Source: the human T2T-CHM13v2.0 reference genome, Homo sapiens. Taken from it: a stretch of 64,000 nt of DNA. Position 1 is the stretch's first letter; each line of letters opens with the position of its first letter. Below the pieces are notes generated by a model, which was given only the letters and a program-made list of their open reading frames with translations, searched no databases and was not told the DNA's origin. The stretch lies in assembly GCF_009914755.1 (NCBI RefSeq), contig NC_060926.1. One strand, written 5' to 3'. A program made the position numbers and the translations under genes. Below are positions 27,105 to 40,739 of this stretch, piece after piece.

Positions 27105-30100
27105 ATTTTATTTTATTTATTAATTTTTTAACATTTATTTTAGATACATGGGCAGGTTTGTTACATGAGTATATTGCACCCAGGTAACGAGCACAGTACC
27201 TAATAGGTAGTTTTTCAGTCCATGCCACTCCCCTTCCCTTCTCCCGCTAGTAGTTCCCAGTGTCTATTGTTCCCATCTTTATGTCCATGTGTATCCAATG
27301 CTTACATCTCACTAATAAGTCAGTGGAAAGTATTTGGTTTTCTGTTTCTGCATTCCTGTGTTAATTTGGTTAGGATAATGGCATCCAGCTGCATTCATTT
27401 TGCTGCAAAGGACATGATTTCATTCTTTTTCATGGCTGTGTAGTATTCCATGGTGTACATGTACCACATTTTCTTTATCCAATCCACCATTGATGAGCAC
27501 CTAGATTGATTCTATGTCTTTGGTATTGTGAATGGTGCTTCAATGCACATATAAGTGTATGTGCATGTTTGGTATAATGATCTATTCTTTTTTGGATGTA
27601 TACCCAGTAATGGAACTGCTGTGTCAAGTGGTAGCTCTGGTTTAAATTCTTTGGAAAATCTCCAAACTGCTTTCCATGGTAGCTGAACTAATTTACATTC
27701 CTACTGACAGTGTTTAAGCATCCCCTTTTCTTTACAGCCTCACCAGCATCTGTTATCCTTTGACTTTTTAATAATAGCCATTCTGACTATATGTGAGATC
27801 GTATTTCATTGTGGTTTTGATTTGTATTTACCTGATAATCAGTGATGTTGAGTAGTTTTTCGTTTGATTGTTGGCTGCTGGTATGTCTTCTTTTCAGAAG
27901 AGTCTGTTCATATCTTTTGCCCATTTTTAATGTGGTTAATTGTTTTTTGCTTGTTGATTGAAGTTCCTTGTAGATTCTGGATATTAGACCTTGTTAGATG
28001 CATAGTTTGTAAATATTTTCTCCCATTCTGTAGGTTGTCTGTTTAACTTTGTTGATAGTTTCTCTTGCTGTACAGAAGTTCTTTAGCTCATTTAGTTCCC
28101 ACTGGTCAGTTTTCGTTTTTGTTGCAAGTGCTTTCGAGGATTTAGTCACCAGTTATTTCCCAAGGCTGATGTCCAGAATGGTATTTCCTGCTTTCTTCTA
28201 GGATTCTTACCATTTGAAGTCCTACATTTAAATCTTTAATTCATCTTGAGTTAATTTTTGTATATGGTGAAAGGTATGGGTATACTTTCATTCTTCCAAA
28301 TATGGCTAGCCAGCTATCCCAGCACCATTATTGAATAGGGAGTCCTTTCTGCATTACTTATTTTTGTCAACCTTGTCAAAGATCAGATGGCTGTAGGTGT
28401 GTAGTTTTATTTTTGGGTTCTCTATTCTGTTCCATTGGTCTATGTTTCTGTTTTATACCAGTACCATGCTGTTTTGGTTACTGTAACATTGTAGTATAGC
28501 TTGAAGTCAGGTAATGTGATATCACTGGCTTTGTCCTTTTTGTTTAGGATTCTTTTGGCAACTCAGGCTCTCGTTTTACCTTCATATTAATTTCACAACA
28601 GTTTTTTCTAGTTCTGTGAAAAAATGACATTGGCAGTTTGATAGGAATAGTTTTGAATCTATAGTTTGTTTTTGACAGTATGGTCATTTTAACAATATTG
28701 ATTCTTTCAATCCATGAGTATGGAATATTTTTTCAATTGTTTGTGTCATCTAAAATTTACTTCAGCAATGTTTTATAGTTCTCTTTGGTTAGATTTATTT
28801 CTAGGTATTTTGTTCTGTTTTTGTGGCTATTGTAAGTGGAATTGCATTCTCGATTTGGCTCTCAGCTTGAACATTATTGGTATATAGAAAGGCTATTCAG
28901 TTTTGTAAACAGATTTTGTATCCTGAAATTTTATTGAAATTACAGCAACCTTCTTGTGGAGTCTTTAGGGTTTTCTAGGTAGAGAATCATGTCATCAGTG
29001 AAGAGAGATAGTTTGACTTCTTTTTCTATTTGGATGCCTTTTATTTCTTTCTCTTTCCTGATTGATCTGGCTAAGACTTCCAATTCTATATTGAACAGGA
29101 GTGGTAAGAGCAGGCATCCTTGTTTTGTTTCTCTTGTTAAGGGGAATTCTTCCAGCTTACGCCCATTCAGTATGATGTTGGCTGTGGGTTTGTCATAGAT
29201 AGCTCTTATTATTTAGACATATTTTTCTTCAGTGCTTAGTTTGTTGAGGATTTTTATCATGAAGTCATGTTGGATTTAATCAAAAGCTTTTTCAGCATCT
29301 ATTGCAATGATCCAATGGTTATTGTTTTTAACTCTGTTTATGTGGTGAATCAGCTTTTTAAATTTGCGTATGTTAAACCAACACCGCATCCCAATAAAGC
29401 CTACATGATCATGGTGAATTAATTTTTTGATGTGCTGCTTGATTTGGTTTGCTAGCATTTTACTGAGGAATTCATTGAGACCTACTTTGATGGCTGCACA
29501 TATGGTCGATCTTGCAGTATGTTCCATGTGCAGATGAGAAGAATGTATATTCTGTGGTTGATTGATGGAGTATTCTGTAGATGTTTATTAGGTTCAATTC
29601 TTCAAGTGTCAAATTTAAGTCCAGAATTTCTTTGTTAGTTTTCTGTTCATCAGGATATTGACCTGTAGTCTTCATTTTTAGTTGTGTCTTTGTCAGGTTT
29701 TGGTATCAGGCTCAAGCTAGCTTCACAGAATGAGACAGCAAGGAGTCCCTCCTCCTCAATTTTTTGAGATAGTTTTAGTAGAATTGGAATCAGTTTTTCT
29801 TTGCACATCTGGTAGAATTCAGCTGTGAATCTATGTGGTCTAGGGCTTTTTTTGTTTGGTAGGATTTTTAATACTGATTCAATTTTGGAATGTGATATTG
29901 GTCGGTTCAGGGTTTCATTTTCTTCCTAATTCAATCTCAGGAGGTTGAGTGTTGCCAGGAATTTATTTCCTCTAGATTTTGTAGTGTGTGTGCATAGAGG
30001 TGCTCATAATTGTTTTGAAGCATCTTTTATATTTTTGTGAGATGGGATATAATGTCACCTTTGTCAATTCTGACTGTGCTCATTTGGATATTTCTTTTTT

Positions 30101-31975
30101 TTTTTCTTTGTTATTCCAGCTAGCAATCTATCAATCTTGTTTATCTTTTCAAGTAAACAGCTTTTGGGTTTGTTCATTGGTTGTATGGATTTTGGGTCTC
30201 AATTTCATTCAGTTCTGCTCTTATTTTAGTTATTTCTTTTCTATTTCTTCTCCTAGCATTGAGGTGAGCTTATTCTTGTTTTTCTAGTTACTCTAGGTGG
30301 GATGTTAGCTCATTAATTTGAGATATCCCTAACTTTTTGATATAGGCATTTAGAGCCATAAACTTTCCTCTTGGTACTGCTTCTGCCATATCCCAGAGAT
30401 TTTGGTATGGTGTTTCTCTGTTTTCATTTATTTCAAAGAATTTTTTAATTTTTGCCTTAATTTCATTGTTTACCCAAAGTCATTCAGAACCAAGTTGTTT
30501 GATTTCTATGTAATCATGTGGTTTTGGGATATATTATTGGTATTGATTTCTATTTTTATTTTACTGTGATCTGAGAGTATGGTTGGTATGATTTCTATAC
30601 CTTTGAATTCATTGAGACCTACTTTAATGGCTGAGCATGTGGTCAATCTTAGAGTATGTTCCATGTGCAGATGAGAAGAATGTGTATTCTGTGGTTGATT
30701 GATGGAGTATTCTGTAGATGTTTATTAGGTTCAATCCTTCAAGTGTCAACTTTAAGTCCAGGATTTCATTAATGTGTCTAACACTATTGGTGGAGTGTCT
30801 AACACTGTCAGTGGAGTGCTTGAGTCCCCTGCTATTATTGCATGGCTGTTTAAGTCTTCTGGTAGGTCTATAAGTACTGGTTTTATGAATCTGGGTGCTC
30901 CAAAATAGGGTGTGTATAAATTAAGGATAGTTAAGACTTCTTGTTGAATTGAACTCTTTATCATTATATAATGCCCTTCTTTGTCCTTTTTTACTGTTGT
31001 TGGTTTAAAACCTGTTTTATCTGATTTGAGAATAGTGACCCCTTCTCTTTTTTGTTTTCTGTTTGTGCGATAGACCATTCTGTGACTGTTACTTTGAGCC
31101 TATGGGTGTTGTTACATTCGAGATGGGTCTTCTGAAGACAGCCCATGGATAGGTCTTGGGCATTTAGACCATTTGCAATCAAGGTTATTATAGATAAGTC
31201 AAGTTTTTATCCTACCATGAAGCTTTTAGCTGGTTGCTTTGTAGTTTCTATTGTGTGGTTGCTTTATAGTGTCTGTGGGCTACGTAAACAAAAGAACAGG
31301 TATTGTTCTTTTGTTCTTGTTTATTTGGAAAATATTTTCTTTCTCTTTCACTTATAAGGTTTAGTTTGGTGGTTATGAAATTGTTAGACTTTCTTTCCAT
31401 TAAGATTGTTCAAAATGGGCCCCCAATCTCTCCTGGCTTGTAAGGTATCTGCTGAGAAGTCTGTGGATGGTCTTGCAGGGTTCCTTTTATATATGATCTG
31501 ACCTTTTTTTCTAGCTGCCTTTAAGATTTTTGCTTTTGTGCTGACCTTGGACAGTCTGGTGAATATATGCTTTGGAGATGTTCATTTTGGGTAGTATCTC
31601 ACAGGTGTTTTCTGGATTTATTGTATCTCTATGTCTAGAGATAAAGCAATATTAGGGAAATTTTCTTGAATTATTTCCTGAAATATTTTTTTTCCAGGTT
31701 GTTTACTTTTTCTCCTTTTTCAGGAATGCCAACAATTCATAAGTTTGGTCACTTCACATTATTCCATATTTCTTGAAGAGTTTTTCATTTAATTTTTTTT
31801 CTTTATTTTTTTTCTAACTGTGGTATTTCAAAAGACCAGTCTTCAAGCTCTAAAATTCTTTCTGAATGATCTGGTCTATGATAAAGGCTTTTAGTTGTAT
31901 TTGAAATTTCTTAAGTTAGTTTTTACTTTCAGAGGCTTTGATTGATTTCTTTTTAAGATGTTTATCCCTTCTTTC
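27105..31975 (-). mobile_element. L1PA15/16-like LINE-1, 5'-truncated within ORF1, decayed
   Basis: T-rich tail, antisense 3'UTR, antisense ORF2 fragments ([22 protein letters not shown]) and ORF1 remnant. Confidence 0.9.
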
Positions 31976-31984
31976 TTTTCCTGA

Positions 31985-32335
31985 AATTAATGTTTATGTC
32001 CCTCCAAAATTTATCTGTTGCAATCCTAACCCACAAAGTGATTTTACTAAAAGTTGGGGGCTTTTAGAGATGATTAGGTCATGGGGCAGATCCTTCACGA
32101 ATGAGATTAGTGCACTTATAAAAAGGGCCCCAGAGAGATCCCTTACCTGTTTTACCAAGTGAGGACATAGCTGGAAGGTACCACCTATAAGCTAGAAATC
32201 AGGCTCCAGACATCAGATTTGCCAGTCACTTGATCCTGGACTTTCCAATCTCTGGAAATGTGAGAAATAAGTTTCTGTTGTTTACACACTACAGAAATAT
32301 ATGGAATTTTGCAGTAGCAGCCCAAAATGACAAAG
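31985..32335 (+). mobile_element. MaLR LTR, MLT1A-like
   Basis: GTCCCTCCAAAATT...GATTAGGTCATG...GAGGACATAG...GTGAGAAATAAGTTTCTGTTG. Confidence 0.8.
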
Positions 32336-32722
32336 ATAATGGAATATTATTTAGCCTTAAAAAGAAGGAAATTCCATTATACACAACGACATTGCTAAAC
32401 ATTGAAAATATTATGCTAAGTGAAGTAAGCCAGTCACAGAAGGACTAATGCTGCATAATTGCACTTACATGATTGACCACACCAACTATTGGTGAGTATG
32501 AAGAGAAGCTGGAACTCACATATATACGTCTGATGAGAATGTGACATTGTACAACCACCTTGGAAAACAGTTTGTCAGCCGTTTTGTTTTTTAACATAAC
32601 CATACACCTACCATATTATCCAGCCCTTCTAATCCATCCCCACAAATGGAAAGCACATGTTTATACATATCAGCTTTATTTGCAAAAGGAAAAAACCAGA
32701 AACAACCTAAATGTCCATCAGT
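32336..32722 (+). mobile_element. Old L1M ORF2 3' fragments
   Basis: AATGGAATATTATTTAGCC...ATGCTAAGTGAAGTAAGCCAGTCAC and ACAACCTAAATGTCCATCA. Confidence 0.65.
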
Positions 32723-33010
32723 ATTTACCTGGCATGCTCAATCATTTCAATTTAGACACTAATAGAAATACAATGAGTATAAGTGATGGCTTGCTGTTTA
32801 TATCATGTGTGTTTCACGACACCGATTTTATCTTTCATAATTGTCGGAGTGTATTCAATGTATATCCAAAGCTTCCAAGATAAGAGGAGGGCGAGAAATC
32901 AATACCTTCTGCCTAGTGTTAGGGTACTGTAAAAGTAAGTCATAAATCAAAGTCTGTGACACACTAAAAAATTATAAGGAAAAAGGCTAAAAAATAATAC
33001 TCCTTCTTAA

Positions 33011-33302
33011 TTTTTTATTTTTTTGAGACAGAGTCTCTCTCTGTCACCCAGGCTGGAGTCCAGTGGTGTGATCTGGGATCACTGTAACCTTGGCCTCCCC
33101 AGTTCAAGCAATTCTCATGCCTTAGCCTCCCGAGTAGCTGGGATTATAGGCATGCCACCATGCCTGGCTAATTTTTGTAATTTTAGTAGAGATGGTTTTC
33201 CTATGGTGGTCAGGCTGGTCTCGAACTCCTGGCCCCAAGTGATCCGACCACCTCAGCCTCCCAAAGTGCTGGGATTACAGACGTGAGCCACCATGCCCAG
33301 CC
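33011..33302 (-). mobile_element. AluS
   Basis: Alu dimer flanked by AAAATAATACTC repeats. Confidence 0.93.
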
Positions 33303-34414
33303 CCAAAATAATACTCTTAATATCACTGTAAACTTGAACTCTCTCTCTTTGCTTTTATACGTTCTAACTAGTACCTTCCTGGTTTACTCTGAAGTAATAA
33401 TGGGGTCATAATATTCTTTTGGTAGCATCACTTAACATCCTAGTTAGATTGGACAATGTAGCCTTCTATTAAATAATGAATGACAATAATAAAAAAGGGA
33501 GTTCTGGATGGCAAGTGCTGTTCCAAAGGTAGGGTATAAAATCTGGCTGCCAGACTTGCTTGGTTTGTATGCTTCACTCACACAAGGATGAAGTTACCTG
33601 GGCAACATGTCTCACCAATTCACGTGTTTTGAAAATAACTCAATTCATGAATAACTTGTTTAATATTACTCATATGGATTAATGAATTCCTTAGTATGAA
33701 TTCAGATATAGATATTTGACATGTAAGCCACAGCAGCCTCCATACTACACATCTCTAATTAGGGACTTTCAGTTGTTCCCTGACTGGCCTGAGAGTGTGG
33801 TTTTTTTAATTAGGATACTTAACATTTAACTGACTTTTCCTTGAATGTAGATTAAAATTAATCTACATATATACATGCCACACTGTCAATGCTGAATTAT
33901 TTTAAAATAAATTATAACTAAAATTTTATGCTGATACTGTTTTTTCTAGACAAAAGAAAACATTATTTTAAATCTATGTATGCTTTGCATTGTTATTCAC
34001 TCCACTACTTATCCCAGGGCCTGTGGGTTCCAGACATTTAGAGACCCTGTGATCTTCATCAAAATGTATTTACCCTGTGCTCTAATTTTTCAAAGCACTC
34101 TATTGTTTTGGTACAAATCTGTTGCATTATCTCTTATTGAAATAACTGGCTTACTCATATCACCCTCTCACTGGTAATAGTTTTGCTTTAATGAGCTTAA
34201 CAAAATGGATAATTTTAGTGACCTCAAAGTGTCAATGTAAAATACCACTGGCAACAAAACATTTCCTAGAACTTCTCAACACTACCTACAATTGCTCAAA
34301 TATGACACTGAGAATGAAAAGTAAAATAATCAGCAGTTAGTTTCATGGGGCTGATTAAGATGCACATCAGAGACTGGTAATTAGGATAATAAAAAATGAA
34401 TGTGATCTGATAAC

Positions 34415-35255
34415 TGTGGCAGGAAGATTTCCATGATGGCCCCACAGTTTCATTCCCTGAGCCACATGCTGTATGTAATTCCATCCTCTGGAGTGTGAAC
34501 TAATAGGGTAGTCACTCTCCTGACTAGGTTACGTTATATGACAATGATGAAGTGATTTTGCAGGTGTGATTAAGGCACCAAATTAACTGGCTTTGAGTTA
34601 ATTAAAAGGGAAAGTATCCCAGGTGGACCTAACCTAATCAGGTGAACGCTTGGAAAGAGGGTCCAAGCTTTCTGGGAAGAGATTTAAAATAGAAAGACTG
34701 TCCTGCTGGCCTTGAAAAATAAAAAAGTTCACATCATGGCCAGGCACAGTGGGTGCACCTGTAGTCCCAGCTACTCGGGAGGCTGAGGCAGGAGGATGAC
34801 TAGAGCCTAGGAGTTCAAGGCCAGCGTGGGCAATATAGTGAGATTTCATCTCTAAAATATTAAAATTAAAAATCCGTATATTTATATACACATGAAAACA
34901 AAATTCACATGGTAAATTTGTCAGCTGTCTATGGGGGGCCAGTCACGTGGTAAAGACCTGACAGTGACCTCTAGGAGTTGACAGCACATCCCAGCCACAA
35001 ACTAGCAAGAGAATGGGGACCTCAGTCACACAATCACAGGGAAATAAATTGTGCCAACAATCTGAAAGGGCTTGAAAGCACATCTTTTAAAATAGAACCT
35101 GAAGTCGAAGACACAGCAGGCTAACTCATTGATTTCAGCCTTGTAAGACCCTGAGGGGAAGACCCTGCAAACATTGCCTGACTCCTGACCCATGGGGAGT
35201 GAGATAATAAACATATGTTGTTTTAAGTTATTGATTTTGTGGTAATTTATTTTGG
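34415..35255 (+). mobile_element. MaLR LTR, MLT1E-like, interrupted by an Alu monomer
   Basis: TGTGGCAGGAAGATTTCCATGATGGCCCC start; GAGATAATAAACATATGTTGTTTTAAG end. Confidence 0.75.
34738..34870 (+). mobile_element. Free left Alu monomer (FLAM-like)
   Basis: Single ~115-bp arm plus A-rich tail; flanking AAA(G/A)TTCACAT repeats. Confidence 0.8.
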
Positions 35256-36780
35256 TGTTTAAAATCCATACATTATCCTACAAATGAAAGCACAATACCT
35301 GGTAGGTCTCTTTGCTTCCTTGAGACAGAATACTCCAACTTGGGAATACTGCTTTGGAAGTACATACCACGTGACATGAAGAACTGCCTGCACTGTTACA
35401 TCAGCACCTTTCTCAGCACACACTTATCGCTACATCGGGAATCATTCATGAGCAGCTGATGCAAGAGGAAATAATCCAAGCTTTGTCGGTCATAGATAGG
35501 TCAGTGTGATATGTGGCTGCAAACTGAAAATGGACACAGGCAGCTGTATTACAGCCTCACTAAGGAATGGCCTGAAAAGACAGTGACAGATGAATTTCTC
35601 CCACTGAAAACTTTGGACAATGTACCCATTTTTCCATTTTCTGTTGGCAGAAAAGTGCCCAAAATTTAGAATATTCAGGAACCATAGGAAGCAGCAAGTG
35701 GTCTGGCTGAATGGTCAATAGCAACAAAAGAAAAAGATTGGAAAATTTGGGGCAGAGGCATGTGGACTGAACATGTGGGACTGAATGCAAAGTGTAAATA
35801 CCTTGATATCCCATATAAATGCCCACTAGAGAGCATTTCAATAAAGAGGCATGAAATAAACACGTAGATAAAATGATTGTACAGTTGATATAAGACATCC
35901 TCTGCCATCCCAGTGCTGGCATGAAGGGCACATAAATGAAGTGGCCACGATGGCAGAGATGAAGACCATGCATGGGTTCAACCACAGGCCCTCCCTCCTT
36001 ACAAAGGTTATCTAGCCAGTGCCACTGAGAAATACCAACAGGCCAAACAACAAAGACCAACGCTAAGCCTTCAATATGGCACACTTTTCTAGAAAAGACT
36101 GCCTTCCACTTGATGGCAACTTGACTACATTCAGCCAGTGATTTATTATGACAAGAATAGACAAATGATACAGATATGAGTTTCCTTCCTGTAATTAGGG
36201 CTTCAGCTAGTGTCACTGTCCAAGAGTATAAGGAGCATGTGATCCATTGTCACAGGATCTCATACAACATGATATCAGAGAAAAGTACCAACTGTGCACA
36301 AGGAGTTGTGGGAATAACCACATTGAAAAGTGGGCAAAACATATGAAAACATTTTTCAAAAGAAGATATACAAATGGTCAACAAAGATATGAAAAATGCT
36401 CAAATCACTAATCATCAGAGAAATGCAAATTAAAACCACTATGAGATATAACCATACCAGTCAGAAGGGTATTATTAAAAAGTCAAAAAACAGCAGATTT
36501 TGGCAAGGATATGAAGAAAAGAGAATGCTTATATACTGTAGGTGGGAATGTAAATTTGTAAAACCTCTATGGAAAAAAGTATGGAGATTTCTCAAATAAT
36601 TAAAAATAGAACTAAAATTTGATTCAGTAACCTCATTATTAGATATCTTCCCAGAGGAAAATAAACCATTATATTAAAAAAGATACCTGTACTCATGTGT
36701 TTATCATAGCACTATTCACAGTAGCAAAGATTTGGAATCAACCTAAGGGTCCATCAGTGGATGACTGGACAATGAAAATG

Positions 36781-36829
<49 letters not shown>

Positions 36830-37825
36830 TACTATGCAGCCATAAAAAAAGAATGAATTAATGTATTTTGTAGCAACATGGATGGAACTGGAGGCCATTA
36901 TCTTAAGCGAAACAACTCAGAAATATAAAGTCAAATACCACATATTCTCACTTATAAGTGAGAGCTAAATAGTGTGTCCACATGAACATAGAGTGTGGAA
37001 TGATAGTCACTGAAGGCTAGGAAGAGTGGGAGGTGGGTGAGAGATGAGAAATTACTTCATGGGTACAAATCCACTATTATGGGATGATAGTTACACTAAA
37101 CCCTAGACTTCACCACTACACAATTTGTCTGTGTAACAAAGATGTACTTGTAATCCTTAAATTTGTGCAAAAAAAAAGTTGTGGCAAAGAGCCTATGACC
37201 ATGGATCCACTGGTCATATTCCATAAATCACAACCCAGGTATGGATTGTGTTCCACTGGAACAGTTTCTGAAGGCGCAGTTGAAGCATCACCTCAAGGAT
37301 GTTACTTGGGGAGGATAGGCCATCCTCCAGAAAGTGGTTGGTGCCTAGAATCAAATAACTTTATGTTGTGCTGATTCCCCAGTAGGAGAATGCGTGGGTC
37401 CAGGAACACAGGCTGAAAGCAAGAGTGACACCACCACCTCTCCCAAAGACTCACTTGGGGGATTTGTGCTTATTGTGCTCACAGTGCTAGACTTCAGGGT
37501 TAGATAAAAAATTAGATGTTTTGGTTGCTAAATGTTAAAATCTTACACCAGGGATTACAAATGTCTCATTGAACTGTCAGTTTACAGCTATTGCCTGGAC
37601 ACTTCAGGATGCTTGTGTCTGTGAACCAGCAGGCAAGAAGCAGAGTGTTCCTCTCAGAAGGAAGCAGGGATGCTATTACACAACGAAGGTAAGGAGGAAT
37701 ATATTTAGCACCCAGATGATCCTCTTGGTCACTTCTTGGTACTCATCTGTTCAATTCTGATAGTAGATGGATAAATGCAGCATTAGGGTCTGAGAAGGGC
37801 ATAGTGACCAGGGGCTCAGACCCTC
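35256..37825 (+). mobile_element. ERVL/MaLR-class internal remnant (RT tether, RNase H and integrase-like), split by an L1
   Basis: Decayed AQ.LVGLF, GLA.WS and DWKI.WGRGMW motifs resembling HERV-L pol. Confidence 0.65.
36315..37173 (+). mobile_element. 5'-truncated L1 (L1PB4/L1MA-like) 3' end with internal (CA)n at 36783-36825
   Basis: [12 protein letters not shown] fragment, 3'UTR, A tail; TSD-like AGTTGTGG(G/C)AA at ~36304 and ~37177. Confidence 0.88.
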
Positions 37826-39069
37826 TTGAAAGAAAAAGCTATCATAGAATACTATCCATTCCCATCTTCTTTCTTCCTCATAGCGAGGCCACTTTTAAAA
37901 TAAACTGTAATACTACAAAGTAGAACATTTTGACTTCTTTTTTGACTTATTATGTTAAGAATTACTAACTATGATTATTTCAATCCAGCACAAATAGATT
38001 GGGTACATTCTTCCATGATAAAAATTAAAAATAAGATCAAGATGCTATTTGTGAATCGTTTTAGAAGTTAATTATTTACTATGCCAGAACTTTGGAGGAA
38101 AATATTTTTTAAAAGCAGCATTTTTATCATGACTGCTGATTGATTGTCTTGATATTTAAGACTAAGCAATGCAATTGTCATGCCATTTGTTAAGATAATA
38201 AAAGTTATGTGTAATTTTCTCTGAGAAACATTAGTTCCTTGTTAACATTGTCTATCACAGAGTGGCCAGCAAGTTTTTGTCTGTTAAAGTTAGAAATAAT
38301 TAAAGATTACCAGCAAGTCTAATAAATAAATGTTATTTTTAAAACCATATTTTCTATTTTTTAAAAAAGAGACTCATAAAGCCACTTGGAATTTTTTTCT
38401 CTGTATTTTTCTTTTCTTTCACCTTAATGTAAAGTAAAGTAGTAGAGTGTTAAGATTTGAAAACGTTTTTCAAATTATTTGGTTCAACTCCCTCATTTTG
38501 TTGAGACAAAAACTAGAGAGGTTACTTATTTTAGGTCTTACTGCTAATTACTGCCAGAACTCCCAACTAATATGTGTCAAAACTTACTTTAAAATGTTCT
38601 CTGTCATGGTGTTCTTGGAATAATTATAGTGTTTATTTTTTCCACATTTCTTAATGACAAATTTCTTGCTTTTTTATTTCTGTGCTTGTGCTTTCTCCAA
38701 ATAGCTAAGTAAACATTAAACTGTAGTCTTTACTTCTATTTCTTTCTCTAAAATACAGATATAATATATAAAGAGGCTTGCTTTGTACATATCAACCTAA
38801 CATTAAAATATAAAAAGAATCATAAAAAGTATATTCATCCAATACACAATGTGGTTTTTCTAATTCACAAGATATCTGGAATTTCTTATCCATATCTCTG
38901 ATATCAGGATGCTGCTCCTAAGAGGGCAGAATCAGTAGCTCAAAGAAGAAACATAAGAATTTGAATTGGTTTCTATAACAATTCTTGTTTTGCTTAGATT
39001 TTGCTTTCCTTAGCTTTTGCTTAGATTTTTATATCTCTTATGTCTTGAATAATTTTTGTAGGCACAAGT

Positions 39070-40020
39070 GTTTTTATTATTTTTTATTGTAATTTTTTAT
39101 TCTTAATTTTTGTGTGGACATAGTAGTTATATATATTAATAGAGTACATGAGATATTTACCCCCTCATGCAATGCATAATAATCACATCATGGAAGATGA
39201 GATATCTATGCTTTCAAGCATTTGTCCTTTGCATTACAAACAATCTAGTCATAGCCTTTTAGCTATTTTAAAATACCCAATTGTTATTATTGACTATAGT
39301 CAATATATATACCTGTTGTGGTATCAAATAGTAGGTATTATTTATTCATTCGAACTATTTTTTTTCTACCCATTAACCACCCCCAACTCCAGTTTACCTC
39401 CCTGCCCAACTACCCTTCCCAGCCTCTGGCAACCATCCTTCTACTCTCTATGTCCATGAGTTCAATTGTTTTGATTTTTAGATCTCACAAATAAGTGGGA
39501 ACATATGATGTTTGTCTTTTTGTGTCTGGCTTATTACACTTAACATCATGATCTCCAGTTCAACCCATGTTGTTGCAAATAACAGGATCTCATTCTTTTT
39601 ATGGCTGAATAGTACTGTACTGTGTATATGTACCACATTTTATTTATTTATTCACCTGTTGATGCACACTTAGGTTGCTTCCAGATCTTAGCTATTGTGA
39701 ACAGTGCGGCAACAAACATGGAAGAGTAGATATCTCTTCTATATATTCATTTCCTTTCTTTTGGGCATATACCTAGCAGTGGGATTGCAGGAAAGTATAG
39801 CAGATCTATTTTTAGTTTTTTGAAGAACCTTCAAACTGTTCTCCATAGTGGCTGTACTAATTTACATTCCCATCAACAGTGTACAAGTGTTCCCTTTTAT
39901 CCACATCCTCTCCAGTATTTGTTATTGCCTGTCTTTTGAATATAAGGTATTATAACTGGGGTGAGAAGATATCTCATTGTAGTTTTGATCTGGATTTCTT
40001 TGATGATCAATGATATTGAG
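39070..40020 (-). mobile_element. L1MA2/3-like 3' fragment
   Basis: T-rich tail with antisense 3'UTR and ORF2 end. Confidence 0.85.
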
Positions 40021-40174
40021 GGGTAAATTCTGCAAACTACCTATTGGCTCTATGCTCATTATCTGCGTGACAGGATCATTTGTAACCAAATCTCAGCATC
40101 ATACGATAAACCTATATATCAAACCTGCACATGAACTCCCTGAATCTAGAATAAAAGTTGAAATTATAAATAAA
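40021..40174 (+). mobile_element. Short L1PA15/16-like 3' tip
   Basis: AAACTACCTATTGG...AAACCTGCACATG...AATAAAAGTTGAAATT. Confidence 0.75.
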
Positions 40175-40739
40175 GGAATACATAAATCAATGAGCCAAAA
40201 GTTATTTTTGAAGTACCTTCAAACTGTTCTCCATAGGAGTTGTACTAATATACTAATGTACATAAATACATAAATCAATGAGCCAGGAGTAATTTGGTAT
40301 AAAAATAGAACCACTTTTTGTTCTTGGCCTAACCAGATGAACACACATTTTCAAATTAAAAAAAAAAGGCCCCAGGCCAAATACCAAATTCAGAGGGGAT
40401 CTCTAGGATCTTATATTGAGATCTCCAAAAAGTCTAAAGTGGTACCCCTAAAAATTTTCAGATAACCTAAAGACCTTTTAATAATTTTAATGGATCATGA
40501 AGTATGGCTTACAGATCCTCTTTGTTAAATAATAGGACTTACAGGAATCTTAAGTTCATGTCCCACAGGGAACTTAAGCTGAAGATGAATTTAACTAGAA
40601 GAAATTAATTATTGTTTTTGGTTTGTAATGGAGTTGATTATAACTTGGCACATAAGAAATCATGATATTGAAAAAAGAATCATATTATCTTGGATTGATA
40701 GTGATAAAGATACTACCAAATTAAGAAACCTTTGCATCC

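Noticed and set aside
35560-36216. 218-aa minus-strand ORF
   Set aside because: GTG start, antisense to a decayed ERVL pol remnant, and no recognisable domain.
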